A stretch of DNA of 64,000 bases from the NCBI GenBank assembly GCA_951406725.2, contig OX597815.1, forward strand, positions 81,034,001 to 81,098,000, in the 5' to 3' direction. The stretch comes from Octopus vulgaris (Eukaryota). Under the pieces are notes generated by a model that was given only the letters and a program-made list of their open reading frames with translations, made no database searches and was not told the origin of the DNA. Of this stretch, positions 14,350 to 26,911 are shown piece by piece; within the stretch, counting starts at the first letter, position 1, and each line of letters opens with the position of its first letter. The position numbers and the translations under genes are program-made.

Positions 14350-14880
14350 AAAGTTGACCTCAGTGGAATTTGAACTTAGAACTTTCATGCAGGTGCCCAG
14401 TGCGCTAACGATTAAGCCAGCTCATCACCTTAATAATAATAATACTTTCTATTATAGGCACAAGGTCTGAAATTTTGTGGAACGGGACTAGTCAATTACA
14501 TCGATTCCAGTACTCAGCTGGTACTTTCAAGTTTGTTCATCGACCCCGAAAAGATCAAAGGCAAAGTTGACCTTTGAGGAATTGGAACTCAGAAAGAATG
14601 TTAAGATGGATGAAATGCCACTAAGCATTTTGTTCCATGAGCTATTATGTCAGCTTACCAATAATCCTATCTACTAAAGGCAGAAGGCCTGAAATTTTGG
14701 GGCAGGGGGTTTAGTTGATTACATCAACCCCAGTGCTCAACTGATACTTATTTCATCGACCATGAAAGGATGAAAGGCAAAGTCAGCCTTGTTGGAATTT
14801 GAGCTCAAGCCATCAAGGACTAGAAGAAAATGTTAAGCTTTTTGTCTGATATAGTAACAATTCTGCCAGTTAAATATCTT
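14350..14880 (-). mobile_element. Tandem SINE family A copies (intron)
   Basis: Repeated gacccc-gaaaggatgaaaggcaaagt-gaatttgaactcag units separated by (AAT)n. Confidence 0.8.
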
Positions 14881-14896
14881 CAGGATAATAATAATA

Positions 14897-15395
14897 TTAG
14901 GCACTCTTGTTTGTCCCTTCTAAAGGTTACTATATCTGGCCTTCGGTGCAGACAAAGTGTTAGAGCACTGAAGGCTGGATATAGTAACCTTTAGGTGGGA
15001 CAAAGAAGAGTGCCTAACAATCGACGTAGCAGTGCCAGGAGATCAACATATTATAATAAAAGAAAGAGAAAAGATAGATAAATATGGAGACCTGAGAATT
15101 GAGATCACTAAGATGTGGCAGCTATGAGAGTGGAACATAAAGGTTGTCCCTATTGTCATCAGAGTATTGGGTTCAATACCACCCAACCTGAAAAGACATC
15201 TGAAAACCTTAGAGATACCCTACAATCTTGGTGTATTGCAAAAGTCGATATTACTTGCAACTGTACACATACTGTGTAAAGTATTGTCTGTCGGAGGTCC
15301 TTGTGACTTGACAATCAGTACGAAACCCCGGTAGATACAATATCCTTAATCAACAACCTCACGATATTGTATACTGTGCAACGTCTATAGTAATA
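14897..15395 (+). mobile_element. 5'-truncated R4/Dong-type (restriction-like endonuclease) non-LTR retrotransposon fragment with an inverted 5' end
   Basis: From about 14950 it translates DKVLEH*RLDIVTFRWDKEECLTIDVAVPGDQHIIIKEREKIDKYGDLRIEITKMWQL*EWNIKVVPIVIRVLGSIPPNLKRHLKTLEIPYNLGVLQKSILLATVHILCKVL. This is the RPD...D...EK..KY C-terminal pattern of the RLE domain. Flanked by (TAA)n. Confidence 0.8.
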
Positions 15396-16089
15396 ATAAC
15401 AAAAATAATAATAATACACAAGAAAAAAATGTAATCATTTCTAACTTGGACACAAAGTTACAAATTTGAAAAAGGAGTTGATTTAATTGAACCCAGCCAA
15501 TGACTGATAAACCCCAACATATACATAATCATCACCATAAGACCTATGCATGGTAACATAGCAATATCTAGTACTGAAAGAAAAGAATAAAAAATTTGGT
15601 TGATTAAGCCAAAGCATTGGAGCAGTATCCGTAGCTTTGGATACTTTCACAGCCGACCTCCAAGTTTGAAATTTCTGTTCGTCAACATTTATGGGGTGGT
15701 GTAGAGAGAGTAATTTTAGCGTGTTGCGATTCTAGGAAGAGGTGAAGCACTGGCATGAAATCTAGTGTGGGTGAGACACAGTAGGGATGACAAGAAAAGG
15801 AGAGGCACTAAGTAGCGAGTGTAGTGATTAAATAGGGATTGTTGTAGTAGCAATAGAAGTGACATATGGAAAAACAAAGCATGTCAGCTGAGCTAAATGT
15901 TGCAGAATGCTGTTCAAATGAGATACAATGGAATTCTTTTGGTGTAGGCTGTGGTAATGGCAGTAGTGATAACAGTAGCTGCACCTAAACAGAATAGCTG
16001 ACCTCATAGACAGGACACACTTTACATCGTTTACAAAACATTCAAAAGATGAAGATAAGTAAGATATCATGAACTAGGGTCTAAAAATA

Positions 16090-16303
16090 ATCCTTTCTAC
16101 TATAGGCACAAAGCCTGTAATTTAGTGGGAGGGAGCTAGCTGATTGCATCAACCCCAGTGTTTCACTGGTACTTAATTTATCGACCCCGAAAGATGAAAG
16201 GCAAAGTTGATCTTGGTGGAATTTGAACTCAGAAAGCAGCAGCAGACAAAATACTGCAGAGCATTTCGCCTGGCACACTAATGATTCTGCCAGCTTTCGC
16301 CTT
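16090..16303 (-). mobile_element. SINE family A (intron)
   Basis: Full head, core and tail match to the other family A copies. Confidence 0.85.
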
Positions 16304-16562
16304 AAAATAATGCAAGTTAAACATTATGCATGAGCTATAGATTAAATTATACAAGATACTGATAATATTAGGGCTACAAATTATGAACCATCCTCAACAG
16401 GGAAAAAAGTAAGGTCAATTGAGGAGGATGGATTTCAGCTTTGAATGTAAAATACTGCAAGCTAACAAAGAAAAGTATCAGACATCAGCTACATGGAAAC
16501 TCCTGTCATTTAGAACAAACGAACAGTAGCACCCAACTAAGGGGTACAAGGATAACAACCAG

Positions 16563-16816
16563 CAGATAATTACCCCTGGATAATTGTCACTGAGACATTT
16601 GGCCAATTAAGGGAGAATTAACAGAAAGCACAACCACAAAGGTGCAAATAAATACTATTATACTTAATTAGTTTGTTTTTTTATAAGTTTTATTTGTCAT
16701 TCTATATAACAAGTGTATAATGAAACTGAAGCCCTAATTAGTTACATAAGAATTTAATTGTACACCACTGTTGTGCTTTCTCTTCATTAGGGAAATTATT
16801 CAGGGGACAATTATCC
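16563..16816. mobile_element. Degenerate fold-back element or MITE
   Basis: gataattacccctggataatt pairs with aattattcaggggacaattatc, and agaaagcacaac pairs with gttgtgctttct. No TSD is recognisable. Confidence 0.45.
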
Positions 16817-17263
16817 AAAGTGAGACCCCAGTCGTTGCAGGTTGAATTATCATTAGTCAGGAAGATGAGCAGACATTAACTGTCAACTATTTGGTTTGGA
16901 CATTAAAAATATGGACCTCACACATGTGAGATGATAAATGCAGAATGGGAGAAAGGATACAACAAAGATATCCATGTTGCAAACTCTAAGCTGTAACCCA
17001 GTTAAATCACACACCACTGTCTGGCTCATAGCTTCCATTAGTGGAGTTCTCTCTGTTGAAAGCTGAAGATAAATTGATATGTTGTTACATTCCTAAATAC
17101 TTCTAGTGGCCTGCAAATAGTTTGTTCTCTATCCCTTCACTTCTGATTCTGCCACAAAACATTTTAAAAACCAACTTGTTTTGGATATAAAAACGACAAT
17201 GATGATGATGATGATGATACAGGAGTAAGAGCCAAGCGTGGACAATGCTATGGACGTACGTAC

Positions 17264-17430
17264 CTATTTTCCTCAATTCTTTGTCTTTTCCGCATTTTTT
17301 CTTCTTCTGTAAGAATATATTCTTTTCTCATTCCTATTTCAAAACATTTTCGTAGCCGGCATTTTTTACAAAATCGCCGATTGGACACATCCATTTTGCA
17401 TTTTTCTTCGTAAGGGCATTTGAAATAATC
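17264..17430 (-). CDS. HR96: NR1J/HR96-like nuclear receptor, zinc finger 2 and C-terminal extension exon (not in the ORF track in this frame)
   Basis: My translation is DYFKCPYEEKCKMDVSNRRFCKKCRLRKCFEIGMRKEYILTEEEKMRKRQRIEEN+AG. The acceptor ttttattctccccag is phase 0 and matches the previous donor. The donor AG|GTACGT is phase 2. The exon is 167 nt. Confidence 0.93.
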
Positions 17431-18070
17431 CTGGGGAGAATAAAATTAAAAAAAGAAATGACATAAATACTGAGAGAGATTTTCTGAGAATTGTTTCCAA
17501 AAAGTATTGAATTTAGCACAAGTCAACAAATTTCACATTCCACTACAGCGCTGCCAACAGGATACAAACAGCACACACACATCTTGATAGTGTCCCTAAA
17601 AGGATACAAGCAGACACACCAATACAATGACATTGACCGCATACGAATCTTTGCTGTGGTTGGATGTCTAATAATGAGTTCACTCAACTACCTGTGGTTC
17701 TCAGACTGTTATTCCTTGACAACAGAAGTCTTTCTGTGATTGCTTGAAATGACGGTAAGAGCAGTTAATTATCCCCCAAATCGCACCATCATGTCATTGA
17801 AAAATAAAAGAAAGGACACACTGGACTGTATAGTCCAAGAGAAAGTATGCTCCATGGAAAAAAAAATGAATGTTACATTTTGAAATGTTTTAAAGTCTTC
17901 CTTTATCAGAGCCAGCCTAGGGTTAAACAGCAACAATAACCCCAATGAGATTCCATTATCTGCAAAGCATTTAGTCAATCTGTTAGAAATAACAGCCAAA
18001 TTTCTCACAAAATACAGCCTGCTATCTTAAAAGAAGAAAACGTTGGCCAGTGTAGTTCTGGATATGTTAA

Positions 18071-18291
18071 CCCTTTCATTACAAACCAGGCTGAAACCGC
18101 CTCTGGCTCTGTAGAGCAAATGTCTTGTTTTCTTAAGTTTTGAATTAAAATCTTCCACCAAACCTTTGTCACAATTTATGTTACTGACACAAGCTAAATG
18201 GTAACTAAGTTATTTTTCTAAATTCTTTGTCATATTTAAAATAATTGAAAGAAACACAGAGCATCTCAAAATAAATACAGTAATGAAAGGG
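18071..18291. mobile_element. piggyBac-like MITE (221 bp)
   Basis: TTAA|CCCTTTCATTAC...GTAATGAAAGGG|TTAA: a perfect 12-bp TIR with a TTAA TSD. Confidence 0.85.
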
Positions 18292-20231
18292 TTAAGCTGG
18301 AGTTTAAAAAATGGAACTGGGGATGGTTTTAGCAGGATTGCATTTTGTCATAAGTCTTCTTGGGTCTGAGCCAACCTGGGACTAAACAACTACAAGCACC
18401 AGTATGTAATCAAATCAAGAAATGCATTTTTTCCTCACTACTTTCAGCCAAACTTCAAAGTTATGTAACATGCCAGAATGCTCAATAACCAGCTTATTTG
18501 TCAATTAATTTACTTTAACGATAATTTGTATTTGTTTATTTACTGCTTACCCACCACCAAGCACCGTTCATATGTGAACTGGCAAACAGGCACTGATGAC
18601 ATCTGTGTCTTCAAAGTAAATAATGAACAAAGACAATGGTACTGGCAGCATGTCTACACATTACAAGACTGACCAAGATGGCAATGACCTATCAATCAAG
18701 TCTATTCAAAAGAGGTAAAATGTGATTGAAGCAATGTGATATGTATATAAAACTGTGTGTGACTGAGCAAGTATTGGTTGATTTTTGTGTGCAACTGAGA
18801 ATGTGTTCTTGAATGCTTATGTTAACAGTATTTACATTCACCTTTCTTCTTCTTAAATTTATAATGTAGTGGGGCACACCAGCAAAATGGGACTGGATAT
18901 TGGACAACCTTCAATTCCACTACAGACAACTCATGTTCCTCACCGTATGTGACAGTATGCTGCTACTGTCACTACCAGTACTACTACAACAACAAAACAA
19001 TCCTAGCATTAGGATAGTATTGTCTGGGAATGCTACATGGAACAGACTGGCATTCTGTACAAGATGAGGAGATATATCTTTTACCTACTTAATGCTAAGC
19101 TGTGACCCCCATAAACCTTCTAAGGCTGATTGAACTCGGGTAGGTTTCACTAGCAAACTTAGTGAATCTTTAGGGAGGGCATCAACGCAAGAGTGTAAGC
19201 TAACAAAACCCCTTATTTATTACCAGCTTTTCATGCCTGCACCAACGAACAGTGAAATGAACCAGGCCAGCAAGAGTTTCAGTGTCTTGGGATCACAGAC
19301 TCAGTAGAACACCAACTGCAAGAGATTTTTATCTCCCACTTCACCAAGCTTGGTTCATCATTTATTCAGGCCAAATGAAATTCACCAATGAGGGAGTCTC
19401 TATATAGACACTAATTCTGCAGTAAATAGCAGTCAAATTTCACATAAGGCACTTGACAGCTTAAAAAGAAAGAGGATATATTGGATAGTGTAAGAAACAT
19501 TGATCAAGAATGGCAGGATGGTCTTAACTGGAATACTTGACAAAGTAAGTTACATCTGGGACAAGGACTAAACGACAACTGAAAAACACGCATCACTATT
19601 GACATTTCATATTATCAGCTTGTAGTTTACTATGCAGAATGTTAGCATGGGTTCGCTGTACTCTGTCTACTGCATGATGTGCTGGCTCTTATGGTGATCA
19701 TGGGGCTAATGATGTTACTGATGCTAGAATGTGTAGGTGGCTAATGTGCTAGAATATGTAGGTGACAGCTAAAGATTCTACCAGCAAGGCATGTGCCATG
19801 CATCTACTTAATCAGAGTATCTACTTAGACACCACACAAAAACCTCAACAACTAAAGACATGCAATTTATAAGACTGCCAGTGATAAGAGGAACACTACA
19901 ATGAAAATGGAATGGGAGAATTCTGAATGTTTATGTGCTTGCAAGCTAACTACTATTCTGCTTGCCTCAGTCTGTCTGACTAGTTCAACTCTTAGCAACA
20001 ACACTGTATATTTAATTGATGAATACTATGCTAACTTGCAGTAACGAGCTCAAATTTTACAATGAGTGAAATATCCAAGTGTATATGACAACTGGACTAA
20101 CAACCCCAAAGGTCTTGAGTTCAAATATTGCTATTTTGTTGTGTATTCAGGCAATAGGCTCAGAGGGAAGAATGTATGACACACACACAGCAATAGATAT
20201 AGTTTCAAATATAAGAATTGGAGATAGTTAC

Positions 20232-20432
20232 CAAGCCCTTTGGGGCATTTCTCCGGAAGAAAGCCTTGCATGATTCACAGGAGATGGCATCAAAGTTGTA
20301 ACCAAGAGCCCGGTCCCCGCAGACTCCGCAGTATTTGTCTTCTTTGTTCTTGCGACTTTTTATGGCCTCAGCAGAGTTTGCCGAGAGCTGCCGTGATTCC
20401 ACCGACGGATAGTGGTTCGACACCGGCTCCAT
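20232..20432 (-). CDS. HR96: NR1J/HR96-like nuclear receptor, first identifiable coding exon (zinc finger 1 of the DNA-binding domain)
   Basis: Translates MEPVSNH...[35 protein letters not shown], a C4 finger with the CESCKA P-box typical of NR1J (HR96/DAF-12/NHR-8). A polypyrimidine tract ending tttgcag gives an acceptor with the exon starting at 20451. The ATG context is AGTATGG. The phase-0 donor is TTG|GTAACT at 20231. Confidence 0.93.
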
Positions 20433-22065
20433 ACTGTTAGAGTCCTCAAAGCTGCAAAGAGAGAGAGAAAAAAAAAATAACGGTCAAGCCTGGAGAAATT
20501 TTTGGTAAAGAAAAGAGTGGGGAGTGAAAATTAATCAGAAGAGAGTAGAAAAGAATTGGATGATGATAAAAGAACAAGAATAATAAAATGGAATTAAAAT
20601 ACAATGATGATAATTATGTCTACAAGAATAATGAAATAAAAATAAGAAAATATAAAGAAAAGAGATTATATCAAGGGTTAATTAAATGCACACCTTACAA
20701 TGAAGAGGGAAGATAGAAGGCCACACATTTTGGGGATGGTGAGGTGTCGTTGATAACAGTGCACCAAAGTACTACCCCAGTAATTATGTTACTGACCCAC
20801 AGAAGGATGAAATACAAAACTGAGCTGAGTAGAATTTAAATACATAACATGAAAGGATATAATAAAGGTCTACTGATTTTCACCATCATTGTGCAAAAAT
20901 TGAAAGGAACATAACCCACAATTCTGGAAATCAGAGTGACAAAGATGTTATATGTTGCATCATCATCTCCATTTACCATCCACTCTTTCATGCTTGCATG
21001 AACAAAACGGAATTTGCCGAGGCAGATTATCTACAGCTGAATGCCCTTCTTGTTGCCAGCCTCCACCTGTTTCCAAGCAAGGCTAGATATGTTTTTCATG
21101 GAAGACTAGAAACAAAACAACCTCACTTGTATGACAATGAAGATAATTTACAACCATTACCTGATGTCTAGACAAGGGTATACACAATCACACACACTGC
21201 AGGTTTCTTTCAATTTCCATCTTCCAAATCTAAACTCACAAGGCTTTGCTTAACCCAGGGTTGTAGAAGACATTTTCCCTCGGTGCCACATGGTAGGACT
21301 GAACCCAAGACCACATGGTTGTAAAGCAAGCTTCTTAACCACAAAGCCACACAGGCCAAGCATATTTTAAACTTTGATATAAATGTAAGTATATAAGACG
21401 GAAGTGAAATGCTGCCAAGGCTGGCTTTGTTGCTATCTCCTCAATCTGGTAATTGATAAATAAATGCCACTGGGGTGTATATGTGTCAGTATTCAATCAA
21501 GTACACCACCCACCAAATGGACTTGCACATATAGAATAGAAGATGCACAATATTTACTGTTCAGAGACATCTGCATAGATTGGTAGATAAATGAACAATG
21601 AAAACCAGTACAGATGAAGTTTGATAGATTGAAACATGTCTATAATTGTCCCTTGTCTTAAAATGAAGGCAAGGCTCTGTCCTATAGTAAATTAACTTTG
21701 TGAGATAAGGTCTTCATTTCTTGAAATAAACTTCCATTTTAGTAAATCACAAACAGTACTATGCATTTTCTTTCTTTTTTTTTTCTCAAACTAAGAGAAA
21801 ACTTTCTCTGGATAGCATTCAATACAACATTCCTAATTTATCTAAATTCATGTCCTTGGCCCATTTCAATTATCTCCCTTAGCTCTTAATTTTTAGTTAA
21901 TATAGTTAGCTTCAGACAGCTGATAACTCACTTTTACATTGTTTAACAATAAAGGTATCAATAATTCTTCCAAATTTTGGCACAAGGCCAACAGTTTTTA
22001 ACAAGAGGGGATTACTTGAATATATTGAGCCAATACTCTGCTAGTACTTTATTTTATTGATACTG

Positions 22066-22388
22066 AGTACCTTTCGAGTGTTGGGCCTCACGGAGGCAAT
22101 GACCAAGACCTTTGGCATTACGTAGTGCTTGAGAAGAAGACCCATCAAGCCAAGTAAAATCACAGTTGTGGCAGATACCACTGTCAAGCAAATGGCACCC
22201 ATGCAGGTGACATATAAAAGCACCCATTACACTCTCAGAGTGGTTGGCATTAGAAAGGGCATCCAGCCTTAGAAAACCATGCCAAATCAGACTGGAGCCT
22301 GGCACAGCCTTCCAGTGTGCCAGCCCAGTCAAATAATGCAACCCATGCCAGCATGGACAATAGATATATGATGATGATGATGATGATG
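22066..22388 (+). mobile_element. SINE-like family C with (GAT)n tail, inserted into a family A SINE
   Basis: aaagcaccc...ggttggcattagaaagggcatccagc...aacccatgccagcatgga...(GAT)n. The host SINE A halves lie at about 21965-22065 and 22389-22500. Confidence 0.75.
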
Positions 22389-23811
22389 AAAGAATTGAAA
22401 GCAAAGCTGACCTTGGCAGCATTTGAACTCAGAACATAAAGTGATGAAAGAAATACCACTAAGCATTTTGTCCCATACACTAACATTTATTTCAGCCCAC
22501 AACCTTGTGAAAGGTTTACTAACAGTACTTATTTCTCAGGTGATCACCTGGGGTCAATGTCATCAATTTACCCCCCATCCCCACCCCAAAACACATTGTT
22601 GGCCTTCAGCCAGAATTTGAAATCATTATTACTAACTTCAGTGACCAAACAAGAGCTAGTAGTAACTTTCCCCAAAATAACCATTTCTAAATAAATTTAT
22701 AAATTTGTAGGACATCTGAATTAGGACGTAACATATTAAAAAACGTGTTTTTTTAATATTTCTAACACACACACATACATACACACAGGTAATTGTCACT
22801 GCTGTTAACTCCATGTCAACTTTGAACAAGTAGATCAATGATCAAAGACATTCCAGCTGTAACCATCCCATCCTTTTATGTATCGGTCAGTGATTGTAAG
22901 TACACTGTATCCTTGACTAAAAGGAAAAAAAGGGAGTAGGGTGTAATTTGAGAAATTTGGTTGCTATTTCTAGCAGGCTTAGTGTTTCCATAGACACTCC
23001 CTTGTTGGTCCACTTTAGGTAGTAATGTGTATAAATAGGTAAGTATATAAATGGGTAGATAAACAACTACTAATACCAATACCAACATTAGAAATAACAA
23101 GGCCACCTAGGCAAAAGCTAAAGTTTTTTTTGGACAGCCCAGTGGCAAATTAACAATTACCCTCACTAAAAGCAACACCACCACCACCACGATCACTCCC
23201 CCACCCCACCTCACATACTTCGAAACACTTGCTAAATACTACTATCACACACACACACACACACACACACACCAACATTAGCATTAGCCAGCACCAAACA
23301 CCATTCACTCACCAACACCACTAACTATTCACTAATCATTCCAAAACTACTATTACATGCCACCACCACCACCATTAACTTCAACCACACACACACACAC
23401 ATGAACTACCACTATACCCTGAGAATGACACAAACACAACCACCACCACCACCACCACCTCCTCATAGATAATTACTAAATTACAAACAAATGAAACACC
23501 AACTGGAGGAGTTAGCAGCATTGATTATAATAGTAGTAGTAGTAGTGGTAGTAGTGGTGGTAGTAGTAGTAGTGGTGGTGGTGATAAAGTTGTGATTGGT
23601 GCTATTGTCACTTCTGTCAGTAATGATAGTAGCAGTGGTAGTGTTGTTGGCTACTGCTGTGGCTCAGTGGTGGTGGTGGTGGTTGCGGTGGTAGCAATAT
23701 TGTTGACAGTGCTGTTAATATTGTTGTTGTTGTTAATGGCACTGTTGTTTGTCCTACATGCCGTTGTAGTGTTCCTTGAAGTTAACAGCAATAACAGAGT
23801 GAGATTATCTA

Positions 23812-23842
<31 letters not shown>

Positions 23843-24127
23843 ATATATAATATATATATATATAAAGCCATCATTAGTGGTGGTGGTGTGAGGAAGACCC
23901 AACAGGGAAGGGTGACTTTGGCAGTGGTGGTGGTGAGCAGAATAAAGAATGCAGCTAGCAATTATTAAATGTGAACCAGCAGAGCTATGCAAGATATTTT
24001 TCATGTTACTAAATATATACACAACACAGGAATATATAGAACAAAATAATATCAGTAATACACACATAAATATGTATAAATACATGCAGGCACACACACA
24101 CAGATATATAAGGGGTGTGTATGTGTA

Positions 24128-24455
24128 TCATCATCATCGTTTAACGTCCGCTTTCCATGCTAGCATGGGTTGGACGATTTGACTGAGGTCCGGCGAACCA
24201 GATGGCTGCACCAGACTCCAATCTGATCTGGCAGAGTTTCTACAGCTGGATGCCCTTCCTAACGCCAATCACTCCGAGAGTGTAGTGGGTGCTTTTACGA
24301 GCTACCGGCACAAGGGCCAGTCAGGCAGTACTGGCAATGGCCACGCTCAAATGGTGCTTTTTTTATGTGCCACCTGCAAAGGAGCCAGACCAGTGGCACT
24401 GGCAACGACCTCGCTCGAATGGTTTTTTTCGTGTGCCACCAGCACAAGTGCCATA
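24128..24455 (-). mobile_element. SINE-like family C
   Basis: catcatcgtttaacgtccgctttccatgctagcatgggttgg...ctggatgcccttcctaacgcc. Same family at 40568, 50062 and 52900. Confidence 0.8.
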
Positions 24456-24680
24456 CACACCTACTAGTAAATGTAAGGGAATTAAGTTAGACAGATCAAT
24501 ATATAAAATATATTAAAACCATGATATGTACTTTATATATTGATCTGTCTAACTTACTTCCCCTGCATTTACTTCTATACCCACTCTAGTTTAATCCATT
24601 GAGCACTACTAAGTGTATTCTATGTGGAAAACATTTGGACCTCATCTATGAACTATATATATATATCGCCATGTATATAT

Positions 24681-25045
24681 TTATTCTTTTACTTGTTTCA
24701 GCCATTTGACTACAGTTATGCTAGAGCACTGACTTAAAAGTTTTCTGAGTTAAAGAAATCAGCCCCAGGACTTATTCTTCTTAAGTCTAGTACTTATTCT
24801 ATTGGTCTCTTTTGCCGAACTGCTAAGTTACAGGGACATAAACACACCAACATTGGTTGTCAAGCAATGATGGGAGTGAAGGACACAGACACACACAACA
24901 AGCTTCTTTTCAGTTCCCTACCAAATCCACTCGTCTTTGGTCAGCATGAGGCTATAGTAGAAGACACTTGCCCAAGGTGTCACACAGCGGGATTGAACCC
25001 AGAACCATGTGGTTGGGAAGCAAGCTTCTTACCACACAGCCATAA
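24681..25045 (-). mobile_element. CORE-type tRNA SINE family B (resembles octopus OR2 as I recall it)
   Basis: Minus strand: ggctgtgtggtaagaagcttgcttcccaaccacatggttctgggttca, CORE-like caccttgggcaagtgtcttc, tail ending gaaacaagtaaaag. A further copy lies at about 25590-25862. Confidence 0.8.
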
Positions 25046-26229
25046 GCATGTGAAAGCGGATTTTATAATGCAGGTTCAATTCCAGACTGAGCTATTTCAC
25101 TTAACATAGAACCCCTGTTCCTCCTCCACATACATCTGATTCCAACCTGTAGCTAATAACCTGGAGACAAAGGGATGGCATGTTAGGCTGTCTTACTTCT
25201 TGACAGACAACTGAGAGATTGAAGATTCCATAGAGACCCAGCCTAGAACCAATGGTCACCGAATATTTCTGTTTCCCAAGTGTACATCATAATACACAAA
25301 CTGGACTGAGTATTCTTAATAATACATATGTGTAAATGTGTGCATATATATACAGCTGCTCATGGTTATATTTGAATTAAATTGTGCATAAGTTTAATTT
25401 CTTTTTTAAATGTTCCAAACTTTTGGCCACTACTGGATATATGCACATGTTCCTCAATTTCTGTAAGTACCTGTAGGTAGATTCTATCAACTACAAACTC
25501 TTTATACCACACGTCACAAAGGCAGGCTTTTGCCTCATTACAATCAATCTCAGTAATGTTGATGAAATAGATACAATCATCACCAACAGAGTATTTGACT
25601 GGCAGAATCAGTAAAGTGGGAGACAAAATATCTTCCCTAACCATTAAGTGACGGGGATGTAAAGAAACCAACACTGGTTGTCAAGCAGACACAAAGACAC
25701 ACACATTTATGTGCGTGCGTGATGGGCTTCTTTCAGATTCTGTCTACCAAATCCACTCACAAGGCTATATTAGAGAACACTCACTGAAGGTGCCACACAG
25801 AGGGACTGAACCCAGAATCATGTGGTTGGGAAGCAAGCTTCTTACCACACAGCCATGCCTGTAGACACACACACAGTTTCCTCACAACCAATTCATACTG
25901 TTGTACCTTATGGTATAAATCATTAATACATCACCACCAATTACAACTATATAACTATTGTTATTCCAGCATTCTATTATTTTACTATTGAACAATAAAC
26001 TGATAATAAACGCCACATGTGCTAAATCATTAAACATCTTACAGCATTTTAGGATGTTCATTACATCAACAATCAATGAAGCCACCAGTTATATGCTGGG
26101 GATACATTCAATTGACTGTGCCCCTCCCTTGTTGACGTGTGTGAACATAGCAAATGCTCAATGTTGTTATCATAGTGTTGGAAAAACCCTCTCAAGCAGC
26201 CTGAAGTGGAAGATGCTGACTGGCCTTGG

Positions 26230-26316
26230 TGACGTCACGATAACATCACAAGGTTCACATGGCAGTGAATCAAATGGATGATAGTGCAACTGTTGCTAGT
26301 TGCTGAGTGTGCAGCA
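26230..26316. promoter_or_regulatory. Candidate regulatory motif cluster (CRE, NR half-sites, Maf-like site)
   Basis: TGACGTCA 26230-26237, GGTTCA 26252-26257, AGTGCA 26283-26288, TGCTGAGTGTGCAGCA 26301-26316. Motif match only. Confidence 0.25.
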
Positions 26317-26478
26317 CAATGCAGCTATGTCAGCGGTTGGCAGGTTGATGCATGTATGTGAGAGAGTAGAGGCAGGAGGGGGTGAAAAGGCTAACAGACA
26401 GAGAGCGGGAGAGAAAGAGAAAGAGAGGGGGAGAGATAGAGGCAGGAAGGGTGAAAAGGGGGTGAAAATAGTTCAAAC

Positions 26479-26514
<36 letters not shown>

Positions 26515-26911
26515 GTGGAAAGTGATAATACTGATGTGGAGAATGAGATTGAAACTGACAATATGAAAGAAAGACGGGCGGGCTGTGCGCGTGTGTTTGT
26601 GTGGGAGAGAGAAAGAGAGAACCTGCAAGAGGGAAAGATGCAGGCTTTATGAAAATGATTGACAGATACTGAAGCTAGACATTTATACATGCATTCATAT
26701 ACACTTTAAAACTTTACAATAAAAATGCCTCTAAGCAAAGATAAACATCAACCCCCAACAAAAATTTAAGAGGAGGAGGAAGGGAGGTGGAGGGTGATGC
26801 ACTGAAAAATTTAGAGTTTATCACCAAAAATGAGATCTTAATTGGTCTCTGAAATACCAGGGTGGAGGGAGGAAGGTGCGGAGAGAGGATATTATCGCCC
26901 ACTCTCCTCAC

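Noticed and set aside
17334-17519. 61-aa minus-strand ORF overlapping the second DBD exon
   Set aside because: Wrong frame. The real exon is in another frame bounded by splice sites.
13181-20432. Assignment as VDR/PXR (NR1I) or EcR (NR1H)
   Set aside because: The P-box is CESCKA rather than CEGCKG, which points to NR1J.
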